Shown here: positions 1 through 38,200 of the stretch, piece after piece
Layout of the letters: each line of letters begins with the position of its first letter
Numbering within the stretch: the first letter of the stretch is position 1
Assembly: GCA_002633005.1 (NCBI GenBank)
Contig: NMRA01000317.1
Coordinates: 169,300 to 233,299, forward strand
Source: Phoronis australis
Taxonomy: Eukaryota > Animalia > Phoronida
Length of the DNA: 64,000 bases
Reading direction: 5' to 3'
Translations under genes and position numbers: made by a program
Notes under the pieces: model-generated
What the model saw: the letters and a program-made list of their open reading frames with translations, nothing else
The model's database searches: none
Told to the model about the DNA's origin: nothing

Positions 1-362
1 AGGCAGAGACCAGAAATAGATTTTCTATTTTCCCAAAGCTATGAGGTTAGAAAATCTGAACACTATAGCAAAGAAAGGACAGTATGATTGATATGTTAAA
101 TCTTCAGTTATTTCACACAGCATGATTGCCAATTGTTGTTTTTCATTTTTCAAGTGCAGTGAAAATTTTTCCAAATGTTGTTTCGTAAACTATACAGACC
201 AACCAACACTAATAATGTTATTGAAGTTCAGAATTCTGTCAAAATAAAATTTTACTTATCCGCTTTAATGCGTGTGAAACGGGTGAAAATCTACCATACA
301 CAAACAATTCACGACCAAGGAGTGTTCAGACTTCCTACTGTGAGATCACTTAGATACTGTAC

Positions 363-18151
<17,789 letters not shown>

Positions 18152-18513
18152 TATGATTCTCATCTAAACTTTGTAATTAGCCTGCAACACATAATGGTGA
18201 TAGATCACTAGATACTTTTAAAACCACGTAAAGTCATGTTCTGGGGGATGGGGTCTAACCTCCGGACTCGAAATTAAACTTGAAACTATTTTTCATATAT
18301 TCTGTCGTACAAACTCAAGATAACCATAACTTTACGCAGACAAATGTCTGGTCTAAGTTTGCACTTGATTATAGATAAGCACAACCCCAGAAATCGTTTT
18401 AACATTATATCTTTAACATTATATCCAGGTTCTCATTAATTTCCTTGCATACATTAAGTACCAGTAGTAAGACCGAGCTCAGAGGAGTAAGACACTTTTG
18501 TGCAATGCTAGAT

Positions 18514-18587
18514 TGTCTGCCAGTAAGGCCAAGATTTGAACCCGGGTCTTCCAAACGATATTCCGGAGCTCAAACCACCGAGCCATA
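18514..18587 (-). mobile_element. tRNA-derived SINE head or decayed tRNA-like sequence
   Basis: Minus strand GTATGGCTCGGTGGTTTGAGCTCCGG...ACCCGGGTTCAAATCTTGGCC has box A and box B at tRNA-like spacing; no clean cloverleaf. Confidence 0.5.
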
Positions 18588-19249
18588 CACTCTCAACATT
18601 TGATGACCGCTTTATCTACAAACTTGAGTTCAACCTTAAGATTTCGAGTTCAGACTCAAACTCATAGCTTTAATGCTGGGGTAGAACCATATTGCACTCA
18701 AGCACAGAATAACAGACAATAATTTTGAGTTTTTACTAAATAGGACAGAAAATGTCAAATAAACAATTTCGAGCTTAATTTCGAGTAATATCAGATAATC
18801 AGAAGAACATCCCTGAGCCAGGACAACACAGAACGAAATTGGCTCTTATATTGAAGTCTGGGACCATTGCATTTTTGCCAGTGCTCTACAGTTAAGACAA
18901 AGACAGAGTCATTGTCATTCAGCAGTGTTCAGACTCAGCGACTCAACTGCTAACCTTCATCTTCTGTTTAATTCACGTCCGACTTCAAAAACTGAAAAAG
19001 TCAAAACAAGTCTCAGGTTATCTGACACCCAGATATCCGCAGATATTTCATTGAAAAGGAGACTATAAACACTCCTATCCGATTGATCAAGCCATTACCT
19101 ATTATTGCACCACTTTCCACTAATTAACACGCTTGGCTGTAACTTTAGATCAGATACAAAGTTATCAATGAGCCACAACACTACTTTTGTACACTCTTGT
19201 TCTCCATGACAGATTCCAAAAAGTCACGTGACTGGTAAATTACCCAATG

Positions 19250-19700
19250 ACTAAAGGCGGAAATGAGACACAAAAGAATGTCAACAATACGCGCCACGCC
19301 TCTTGAGACCGGCATTTGCGAAAAGTGTAAAAATAAAAATACCATAATGAAGCTAGTCAGTTGGAGGTGTAAAAGGCACATAAAAAACCTGTTGCCAATG
19401 CACTCAAGTCATCTCTCACTCATTCAATCCTTATCATGAACCCATTTTACATTTTGCTCTATTCGTTCACGTGCGCATTTCTTGGCCAAACAGATTCAAT
19501 AAACCCAACATTATTTTTTCTTTCAACAAATTTTCGTTTTATTTTCTATCAAATTTGTGGACAGTTTTATTGCATGACTAAATTGCCATAAAAGGAAATT
19601 TTACCAAAACAGGTGGCCTCCGAGACCCGGATGAGCGGCCATCTTGAAATAACCTCCCTCGCTTCCTTGTTCAATTTGCCATCAAAATAAGTGGAAGATC
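19250..19700. promoter_or_regulatory. Probable shared promoter region, aPKC / CAPZB
   Basis: Lies between divergent starts (18151 and 19701); locally CpG-containing; YY1-like CGGCCATCTTG at ~19636; CACGTG E-boxes at ~19225 and ~19468. Confidence 0.45.
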
Positions 19701-26216
<6,516 letters not shown>

Positions 26217-27188
26217 CTGTGAATACTCTCGCCATTCTTAGATTGCTCTTTATATTGACCATGTTATTTCGTATGACGTAAGCATCTCTGAAACCCTGTA
26301 ATAGAGGCATCTTTACTCGCTTTTGTAATGTACTAAGCAATGGTTGAATTTTTGTTGCAAAGATGGTTCACCTGAATGCAATTTTAATGGAAAGAGTCTT
26401 ATTTCCTATGTGAATCTGTGATTAGGTTCTGCACACATTTCTTTAAATAATGTCTTCCCCGACGATTGTTCTTCATTTAATAGTTCATCCACCTGCTTGT
26501 CTTGTAACGAGTTTGTACTTGACTCGTAGTAAGTGACGAGGAATTGGCACCTTCGATCAAAGGTGGAGTATAAAGACGTTACACGCACTGCGCAACGCTT
26601 GTTATTGATCGTTCACTCCCATTTCTCAGTTTATCGAGTACTGTGGCGGCGCATTGAAAAGGTTTGTCAAGGTTTCAATTGGTTGTTTCGTGTGCTTATT
26701 TAAAATTTGTTTAGTTTGTAAAACTGATATAGAATGATGTACAGTGCTTAATACAAACATTGGAATAAATAACCTTCAATGATATGTTCTTAATACCTCT
26801 ATACAATGGAATATTTGCCTTAATTGTGTTCGCTAAGCAATGGTAATTTCCAAGGTTAACATTGTTTCTGACCTTGACCTTAATGGTTGCTCATAGCCAT
26901 TTGAAATAGTAACTTAAATTACTGTTAAGTCTCTTTTGAAGTTGGATTATAGGATTTCAGTTGCCAGCAATATAATTATCATGTTTTTTGACTAACCTTG
27001 TGATGTGTTTGACTGGTAAATGAAATGTGGCTAGGTAGACATTAAATTATGAGTTCACTAATGATTGTCCCTGTGTGCGGACCTCAGAGACTGCATCTTC
27101 TATGTAAAATAAAAATACATTTATACCTTTAATATTGATGTTTGTGTCTTGCTTATCATATCTATTTTTCACGGATAGAAAACTTTAA

Positions 27189-28358
27189 CCCTTATCCTGC
27201 TGAGCTGCTATTCAGACTCCCTGTTTGCTGAGCTAAGTAGGTCACCACTACTGCTGTACACAACACTCGCTGGTTCCCTCCGTGCTGCTAGGGTGGTAGC
27301 CAGCATGCAGGTAGCAGGCAGTAGCACGCGCTTTATTATAGGTTGATGTAACCTCGGCAGTCATTGGTTAGCTTTACAACAAAGTGAGAAAATGGTTGAC
27401 TATAAAAGATTCTTAGCCTTGTCAGTGGCAGAGCAGCAACTATTTCGTTTCTGCAGTGATGTTTAATAGCCGCGTGCTTGAAGCACATACATGTACAAGA
27501 AACACGCCTTCATCTGGCCGACTTTACTAGTGCGTTATTCATACTGTATGAATACTGGACATCAACGTAAACAAAAGTCAGCGACAGTAGAAAGATGCAC
27601 TCTGAAAAGGCGCAACCACAATTTTCTTGGATTTACATTTCTTGAACGTGAATTTTAAGCACCGATTTATCTGTACAACAGACCACATTTACGCTTCATC
27701 CGTCAGTTATGCCAGTTTCTTTGTGTAAAGCGCTACCTATTGAGAATTCGACCAGCCAATCGGAAGCACTGGTTTAAAAAAAATTCCTGAGGAAAATTAA
27801 GAGATGCCTGCGTGCTGGCTACCACCTAGCGACACGCAGGGAACCAATGAGCTGTACACTAAGCTGTTATGAAGGTCACCCAGACTAAAGACCTTAACAA
27901 TTTTAAATTGGAAGTTTGAAGGGAAAATGTTAATTTCACAGAAAAGAAGCCAACATAAAAGTTGTCCAGAATTTAATGGAGATTTTCACCATATGTAAAT
28001 CATCATAGCCTTGGTGAAAGTAACCTGATCCACTGTCATCCTGTCGCGTCTGGCTCCAGCCATATAATGAAACTGTGTCTATACAATAACAAACCTGCCA
28101 ATATCTTCCAAACTAGTAATCACAGCCATATGGTTTAAATCAGAGACGTGTAGATGAAACTGAACTATGGAATGGGCATGCTCACACATCTAAACATCCT
28201 AGGCTCTCACAATTTTTTAATGAAAATCACAAGTGTCCTGGGGTGAGTGCACTCTCCTAGTGCAGCCCAGCTGCAGCTTATAGGCAATTGAGTACACCCA
28301 ACGCATTGTAATAGGATAATTGGCATATCAGCTGACCTTGCCTAGCTCAGGATAAGGG
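27189..28358. mobile_element. piggyBac-like non-autonomous element between the CAPZB and EXOC8 3' ends
   Basis: TTAA|CCCTTATCCTG...CAGGATAAGGG|TTAA; extra internal inverted repeats at ~27272-27312 and ~27805-27846; no ORF. Confidence 0.75.
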
Positions 28359-29229
28359 TTAAAGGCATTGACCTAGTAAACTTTCCATGCTATATAAACA
28401 CCATAACACTTGTAATGGAATCAAAATTGCTTCCCACAAACTCCCCACTTTCATCATGGCCTCGTTTTGCTGATATCAGACAAGCTGCTGACGTCGTGCT
28501 CTGGCTAAGCTGAAGGCTAACCTATGTGATGAATGTACACATGGTCTTTACATAACTCGTAAAGGGAAATGGTGGGATTGTAGCAACTGTTTCAGTAGCT
28601 GCCAGTGGCGCAGGTCAAAAGTTCACGACCTGAATCTACTAGGTTATTTATTTAAAAGAATGTGTAGCTGATGAGCTGTCATGTTAGACTGAAGATTCTT
28701 ACTTTTAGGGAAGATAACATCAAGAATTTTGGCTTTCCCTTTTACAAAGGAGTAACAAAGAAATTCAAAAAAATCAGTTTATATTCTGATTTAGCTGCTT
28801 CAAAACTAGTGGACATGAGCATAAATGAATATTGCACTTTTGTTAAACCTTTAAATAGCACTTAGTTGCACAAATGTAGCATGTGAAGGATGAATTTCAC
28901 ATTTCTCTGTAGCTTACTATTAATTAATTAAATCAGCTAAGCAACACGACACTTTGGACTCTGCTCACTCAATGATTGGCAAGATCTTATCTAACAACGG
29001 CGAGTCATATTTCAGCATACTTGGCATAATCAGACTAAACTTCCCAGAGCAGGGTGCTTTGTTTGGCCGATGATAATTAGCCCTGGTCATTTCCACATAG
29101 GTGTATACATACATATGGAGACATGACTGAACTTGGTGGACATGATTTTGCACTTGGGCCAATGGGTCACGATTCTCATTCCCTGGAATAGCTCCACAAC
29201 GGGGTGGAATTGATTGCTTCTGCGTCGAA

Positions 29230-32200
29230 TCAGACCACCTCACCCTTGGCTGCTTGGGCTATACCTTTCAGCTTGTACCTCTCGTCATGCAGTGCGTCTA
29301 ACTCTGGGAAGCTGTGGCCGATGTAATCTATCACTTTGTCTTCTACACGTGTGAGTAACACCCCCAACAAGTAATTGGCATTTCGTAGGATGAACTGGTG
29401 CTGCAAAGCAAAGGAAAACAGATGCAGTTCAAAGGATATTTCATTCTTAAACACCACCTCAGGCCAGATAACAGTCAATTAGCATCTGGTATGCGCTTGA
29501 CTAGTTTTGAAATCTGTGCGTCGCCGCTTAAAGGAAAACAAGGATCCCGACTCATCTCAGCTAATATCAGGTGACTTTCACTTTGAAAATATAGACAACT
29601 ACAAAGTATTGAATCAAATTTCAAAAAATAAAAAGATAAGAACCCATTATGCTGCTGTCTTTGGCTTACAACAAAAATCTGGTTACTCAACTACAAAAAA
29701 TAGGTTATGTTGGATCTTCCATGGCATGATAGAATCCAATGTCCAACCTCAAACATTTGCCAAATGAGAATGTTGGCAAACCCTTCCCACATGACGTTGC
29801 AAATGGCAGACAATCTTTTCATTCCTTCTGATGGTAGGAACAATATTGCTATCATGACAAAGAATGTTTGACACCACTTTGTTGGATTAGATCAGCCTCG
29901 TCATAGATAAGACTTCAAAAGTATTTCGTTAAGCAGATCCAGATGTGAAACCAGACTCTGTTGCTTAGTTTCACATTTACTAATGTTCAAGCAGACTCCC
30001 AAGAATGTATAGAGATACCAGTTGCTTCAGCTAGTGTCAGTAAAAGGAGGTCTTAATTTTGTAAAATTCAGGAAATCATAAGATTATTTTGCAAAAGCTT
30101 TTCCGGTCAACGCACCAATAATAAAGGTTACAGTGAAATCTCAAGACTTACATCCTTTATGAACTTGACGGACTGCAGAGAGTTCTCAATGTGCTTCAAC
30201 TGAGCACTGAAGAGATCTACAAGGGAGTTAACTACCAAATGATGTGTACTGTCACTGTAGAGCTTCACTACGTCTGTGGCGAACGTGAAGTAAGCTTTAC
30301 TGAACTGGGTCGTGTTGGAAGTCAGGTCAAGGATGCATGTTTCTGTAACGACAAAACAGACTGGTTGGAGTTTCAGTTTCTCTGAATAATCCCACTCATT
30401 CCTGAAACTAGTACAGATACGAAATCACATCTTTAGCTAGTGATCACATTAGAACTAACAGCATATACTCTCAGTTTGTGTCGTTCTCTTCCAATCCTTC
30501 AAGGTTTTTAGGGAAAATGCACAATTACATTTTTCATCCAATGTTAAGCACAATCTAAAAAATTTTGCTTGAAAAGGGAGAACTGATAATTCCACATAAG
30601 ACAATGTTGGCAAGTTGATATATCAGTCAGAAAATCAAAAATTAATAAATTTCATGCAACTCACTGTAAACTAAACTTTCCAACCCTTTGATGCCAATTT
30701 CTGCCATTTCATCGAGGAACCTATTCAAAGTGACCCGATTCTGAAAGTTCGACACACGCCACATGTCATCCTGCAAGCAAAAATATATCCCCCTGAAGAA
30801 TGCACGAATCTCCCTTAGTTATGAGAAATATTTACAAATTTTCTTGAAACTTATATGAAATAAATCCTGCAGATAATTATATGGACAGCCCATCCAAATA
30901 TCAAGCATATTTTGTTTTCCTGTCAAAGTAATTACAAATTTCCTGAATGAATTACATAAATGACCTTATGTTTACAGCTGAATAAAGGTCACCTGGTGTT
31001 CTGACCTTAGAAGCACTATCAACATAAATTATGTAAATGAGGTTTAGTGAACCACACATCATACCAATACAGCGTCACCACATCAATACAATGTCAACAG
31101 AAGTACTCTCCCAGACAACAAACACAGCACCAGTATGCGAGCCCATGCAGTTACGTACCACGCCCCTCTGCTTGATGGCTTCCATCAGAATCTTGGTGCT
31201 GTCGGATATTTTCTGTTCAACACTTGGGTAGAGGGCCTCATCCAGCAGAAACGTCAACTCTAAACCAATGTCACTCAGCTGGAGGAATAAAGAACTCGGA
31301 TCAGTACAGAGATCAATGAACACTGGAGTATTCTGGAACCAACTTTTCTTTAAAACATGATTTATTTATCGCCGAGCAGTATTGCACCTTTATGCTTGAA
31401 AAAATGTCAACGATCGTGGAAAATGCATTCTGAAATATAGCATTGAGTGACACATATTAATTAATGATATACAGCGTACATGTTACCTCTGTTGGTGGTA
31501 AAACATGGTTCAAAGGAAAAAGTATTGGATTAATCTCGAGTGAAAATCAGACATCATGGTATGAAGGATAAAATTACTGCAGTGCTCTTCAGACGATTGC
31601 GAAAACAGATATTTGTAGGGATGTTGTTGAGTAATCCTTAAGTAGAACAGTGCCATCTATTGGGAGGAGATGAAGGCTCTGGTCTTGGTTCATGATAGAA
31701 TTACATATACTACTTTAGTGAACAACTCTGTCATTCAGTGCGCTTGGTGATTAGTTCAAAGTGTACAAATGACCCACTACGACATCTCAGAGTAGATGAA
31801 ATTTATTCAGTCAAAACATCTAAAGACTGTCAAGACAACTGTTTCCTTTGTTGAAGATGTGTGTCACTATAATTATAACACTATCTTTCGCATATTATAC
31901 GCATAATCACTCTAAAGGCCACCATAAAGCAGTCGTACCTGATCGCATTTCTTTCGTGCCAGATGGACACATTCAGCGATGGTGTTCAACTTGGTCTTGG
32001 CTCCAAACAGTTGTCGTCCGAAGATGCCCACAAAGGTCTGTAGTTCTTGCTTGGCCCACACCACAAAGGCTGGAGAGAGCAAAATAAATACAGAGATGAC
32101 TGTGCAGTCACATCCTAGCAGAAAGACTGTAACTTCAAATCCCACAAATCGTACTGTAGGATAATTGAGTTGCTTTCAGTTGCAAGTAAAATGACAAGTA

Positions 32201-35200
32201 CATAAAATTAAGCAAATGTTTTGTTTTAAATGCTACGTCATTTTTTCGAAAAATTATCATAAGATCAAAATCATAATTGACTTTTAATTTATATACACAC
32301 AATTCATGTTGAAACGAAGCCCAAAGGCACAATTAGCATCAACAAAGGAACATCGTACCCACCCGAGTAACAGCCATGGTGGTCAGGGAATGCCTTCAGG
32401 AACTCTTTCCCAGTGTTCATAAGAGTGTCGAAGAACATCTCACAGAGACGACGGACGTACTGACTGGTGGCGCCCTCCATTTTCAACTGCTTCATGTTGT
32501 ACTTGATAATACCACTTCGGTTTTTAAGGAACAGATTACAAGCCTAGAGTGAATGTTTAAGACAAGAGCTTTGTTGTTTTTGTTTGATGAGTGATCTTCC
32601 AACAATGGCATTTAACATTTAGTACACGAAACCTCACCTAGTGGTTAACAGTGAATCTCGCAACAAAAAGCCTTGTGGAGGTGTTCACTTGGCTCCTGTG
32701 CCACCAAGTTTGATTTTATTTTCGTCTCTGTAAAGACGGCCTTCACCTCAGATGAGTATGTACAGTGATGATCCTAGGCTGTGCAAGTCTACCTTGTTGA
32801 AGTGTGTCTGTATTTTAAATTTAAACTCTTTAAACTCTTGCTAATTACCCAAGAAACAAACGCATTCTGAATTATGCAAATCCAGATAGATAAACCTACT
32901 CCAGAAGGTAATACAAAATTTTAGAAGTGAGATAACCTGTGAAGATTTCCCCAGCCGGATGAGCTGGGCCACAGCCCGTCGTGCAGCTCTTGGCCCACCT
33001 CGCAGTGACCTCTCAGGTGCAACTTGTAGTTCATGAACTAAAACATCTGTTAACTGGCGCACTCTATTGTCAATTTTTGCCCTACAAAAAGCAATACACA
33101 ATTGCTAATTCTAAATACCCCAGTCAAGTCAGACAGCAGCCACAGTGTAAACTTGAATGTTCAAATATGGAGTCACAACATGTGTGAACACAATCACATG
33201 CATACAGACATCTTAATACACGGCCTATAACCTGTGATATAACATAACCTATTTTTTTTAAGTTGAATTTCACACAGCTTACTTTGAACATATTTCGAAT
33301 TTTTAACCGAAGAGCCAAAACTAACAGCTGATCTGTAATGTACTAACCAGAAATGATCAGTGTTGTGTCATGTGACTGACACATTTTTGAATAGAATTCC
33401 CTGCAAGCCATTTTCGAATTTTAGCATTAGCCAACCTCACTTAAATCGACGATTTTCCAACATATTTCTTGACCTGTTGGGGGTTTGTAGGTTCTTCTTG
33501 CAAACAGGAAACAAGTCCTATCATGGTCAGAACAATTTGAGACAGAGGAAAAGACCCAATTCAATTTTTGTTTTTCTTAGCCACCTAAATATGGTTGAAT
33601 GCAACTTCAACATCTATGAAAAGAGTTCACATCTTTGTTTTGGTGAATCAAGTACCAGTACTTCATTATTACTGCATAATACATGAGACAGTCTCTTGAA
33701 GAATTTGCGTTTCTCTTCATTCAACACACCTGAACTCTTTTACTGTTGGAGTCTTCTTAAAATCACTCAAATACTCCACGGCTGAAAAAACACAGAATAT
33801 GATTAGGCATTTCAAGAAAACCATTGGGAAGCAAGAAAAAGGAGTTTGCATTAAGCAGTTTTGTTCTCAAAAATGATTTTTTTGAATGAATGGTGCATGA
33901 GTATTAGATCTAAACTGTGATTTAACAAACCATTTCATTCATACCTGCTTCCTAAAATGCAAAATACAAATCAGGCTACAAAACCACAGAAAATACGACA
34001 TCTAAATTTTTCAATATTCTGATAGAAAATGGTTCCTATTTACAAACAGGTACTCACGGCATGGTCAAGAAAAAGTGATGAATAACCAACAATTGTGTCA
34101 TCCGACTTGGCAACCTTCCAACATTTGTCTGCTTTATATCAATCACAGACGATCTTTCAATTCTTTTTCATGGTAAAAACCAATCGCAATAATGACAATT
34201 GGTCTTTTTCAAATCCGTATACGAGAGTTTAACACCCTATTTAATGCTTTTCATGTTCAGGCCATTAAGTAGAAAGGAAAGTCTCTTTCATATCCTGAAA
34301 TCTCAATCCTCCATTGAATTTCATGAGTTGTGTATATATCATGTTTACGATATCAATATCAATATCATACAAGAGTTGAGTATAACAGTAAGATCATGAT
34401 ATCCAGATAACACATAAGTTGAGTATAACAGTAAGATCATGATATCCAGATAACACATGAGTTGAGTATAACAGAAAGATCATGATATCCAGATAACACA
34501 TAAGTTGAGTATAACAGTAAGATCATGATATCCAGATAACGCATGAGTTGAGTATAACAGTAAGATCATGATATCCAGATAACGCATGAGTTGAGTATAT
34601 CAGTAGTAAGAACACAATCCAGATCACATACACACATCACTCCGTACCTCGCTCTATAAGATCTACAGCTCCTTCAAAGTCACGCTGAGCAATAGATACA
34701 TCTAAATCCTCAGGTAGCTCCTGAAGCCAGTCTATCTCTGTCACATCCAGATCGGACGGAACAACCGGCTGGTTAGAAGAACTTGATACACTTTCCTCAT
34801 CAAATGCTGAAAAAGTATGAAATTAGTACCACATTCATTCCCAAGAAATAAGGAGTAAAAGTCTCATATAAAGCAACACCCGGATTCAAGCATCACAAGA
34901 AGACCACCATGTCGTGAAAATTAAGTTAACAAATCAAATAATCATTTCCATAGTGCAGTTTATGTTATCAAGGCATACCATTACAATCTGAGAATGCAAA
35001 AGTGTCGGAGTCAGCCCACTGCACTACACTGAATCGTTACACAACCAACAGATGGCAGCACAATGCGCCCCGCATACATGTGGGGAGAGGTGTAACTAGC
35101 ATTACTAAACATGACTATTGTACAGCTGCAAACTAAGGGTTTAAGAAAAATGTCCAAATATATTCAAGTGTAACAGTTGTGCAAAAAAGTAAACTTTATG

Positions 35201-38200
35201 CATTCTGTCAGCAAATTTAGGTCTGCATGATGAGAGCAGAAAATGTAACACTGATGTAGTAAAGGTAAACAGTACATACGATTACTGTTGACTACTTCAT
35301 TAAATGGGTTGCTGTGGTCAGTTAATACCAGGCTGGAAGACTTTGCTGACTTGAGAGTGTCGTGTGATGCTCGTTTTTTCTTGGTAGACTCTAGAATATC
35401 TAACCACTTTCTCTACAATGACAACAATTTATCGGATTATTTACATTTAAAAGCTATTCAGGCTGACTAAATAAAGCGAACCAATGACATCACAACAGTT
35501 CTACAATTCTGGGTATCAGATGAAGAGAATATCATTCTCTGCATGGGCTTTCAGCTGCAAAAAGAAAATGTTTCCACTTACATGCCTTTCAAGATCAAAA
35601 TGCAGCCCATCTAGTCCCGCGTAAATTGAATAATTACATAATTCATTTCAAATATCAACCTTCAGAAATTAGGATAAGACAACAGCAAATAATTATAAAA
35701 AAACATTTTGATATAGTAAGACCAAAACCAAACAATTATACAATAAAGTAGCTACAAACCCAACTGTATGGTTCCAGGTGATCAGTGCAATGGGTCCGCC
35801 TGAGTGGTCTGCGTAAGTCTAGTACACGTGTACCAGACTGCCTGCTACTATTTTTTACCAGTCAATTTACAACATTAGTCCACAAACCTTGGCTTTGGGA
35901 CTGTCTGTTTGATACAGTCTGCAGTCAGGGAACATGAGTATCTTGAAAGCATGTCGGACATTTCCAATATCTCTAGCGTTCACTACAGCCAGACTGTCAA
36001 GTTCATACAATGCTTGGAATCTGTACCTAACTGGCCCACGCCTAGTAAGTAAACAAAAGCTTTTGAACACATTGTTATCAAGCATGGGTTTTCATACAGC
36101 ATCATGCATCATCCATGACATTAACACAAATAAAAGGCTTCCAGTAAGAAAATATCAAACTTTATGTATAGTTCTGTGACATACAAGTAACTGACACTGC
36201 ATGTAATGAACATTGTAAAGAGATCAAAGAGAATGTAACTGGCTGTCAGTCCTATAAGATCAAGGAAATGTATCTGGCCGTCAGTCTGTTTGGGGATACA
36301 ATTATAAAAAGGTGGATTTTCAAACCCTATCAGAAATACAGGTAACCAACAGTCATGTCACCATACCTGTTAGGTAACCAGCTGGCAAGCATGACACTGT
36401 CATTCAGCAGATACATGTGGATCCTCTGAAGCACCTGTAGTGACTCTGGATCCAACTCAATCAGATCGCCATCATGCACCAGGTGGCGCCCCGGCACATC
36501 CGTGATACTCTGTGGAGGAGGAGAGGAATTGAAACAAGAAAGGCAATAGAACCAGTATGATGCCCACTATTTGGCAGAGAAAACTGGGTGAATTATGTGT
36601 AATTTATTACAACAGCTACAACAGAATGAGGAGTTTTCCCTAGCAACCACTTGTTTATTCACTATTGCTACAGTACAAGACAAAAGTAATCGGAAAAACA
36701 GTTTCCCATCATGACGGATAATTCTGTTCACAGCAAAAATTATTTGTAGCAACTTTTAGGGTTGAAAAAATTCTAATTACAAAATGGCTTAGCCACCTTG
36801 CTAACTTTCCAGTTAATTCCCCTTCAATCTCGGTCATCAGGGGAGACAACTCTGATGATGAATTAGGCTTCCGTCCAGCAGCCATGATGGGGAATTCAGG
36901 GTCACTTGGTCTGAATGCTTTGACTTGTACTGTTGATGCAATACACTGAATCTAGTCTTCACTGTATAGAAACAGTGGTGTTAAATTCGAACTAAATTAT
37001 TTTATTTAAGGCTCGGGGACAGTTGATGTCCAGGAAATCCAACAGAAGCGGCGGAATTTCCACAAGAATCAAACAGTTTCAATGTGTCAATAGAAGGTAC
37101 CACTTATTTCCGTAACGCTAGGAAAACACTTGGAAAAAAGCTGTTGCAGAAGTCAAAATGGGGATTTTCTGAATCGGAAGTTTACATTCAATGAATGATG
37201 ATGTCCATCAACTCCTAACTGAGAGGTTGCAAAATGAAAGCATTTTTAAAACAGGGGTCATAATTGTTTTAATATTTAAGCAGTAGAAAGACAAAGAAAT
37301 AATCACAAATGACGCAAGAAAACCAGTTTTCACGTACAGCACATCCCTCCACCTTCTCCAGTAGAAATGCCAGGTTGTTACGACTGTCTTCCTCAGCCTT
37401 CTGTTGAGACTGTGGATCCTCTTCATTGTCAACTGAAATGAGTCACGACATTGGATAATTCAGGCAGATCCACATTGGTCATTCAGGCAGATCCACATTG
37501 GTCATTCAGGCAGATCCATATTGGTCATTCAACAGGCAGACCCACGTTTGTCATTGAGGCAGATTCAAATTAGTCATTCGAGAGGCAGAACCATGTTGGT
37601 CATTCAAGCAGATCCAGGATGCTGTAAGGGGAGGTGGGGCAACCACAATTTTTTCCACATAAAAATGTCCAAAGGAAAATGTCTGTGTAAGGCAACAGCA
37701 TTTTTGGGCCATGTCCGAAGAAGGGGGTCCCCGGGCCCCTATGATTCAAGGATCACTTTTAATGATGAAACAAACTTAAGAATAAACTGTTATTACTCTA
37801 GAATGCTTTTCATGACTAGACAAGTAGAAAAAAAGTACGATGCCTAGTTTTTCTCTTAAAGCAATGTCAAAAATAAACAAAAATTGTAATAAGTGAATAG
37901 TATGGTCGACAGATGTCAATCAATCACCAAATAAGAAACTTTATACTTACAGTGATAAATTCACAAGAATACAAAAAATACACACTTAAGGTTTTTTTGA
38001 CAAAGGTCAATTTTTTTTATATTAAGATCAACCTACATCTGATTCATTTCAAAGTAAATTATATGACTTAAAAAAGTGTGTCACCTTGATCACCAGTGAG
38101 TGACATCTCTTGTAACAAGGACATGTTGGCCTTTTGTTCAGTCAGCATGTGACTCAACTGGTACATCTCACCTTCCAGAACTGAAAGATTGAATCATGCG

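Noticed and set aside
34374-34604. Regular repeat array that could be mistaken for CRISPR
   Set aside because: Units are contiguous with no unique spacers, there are no cas genes, and it lies in a eukaryotic intron.
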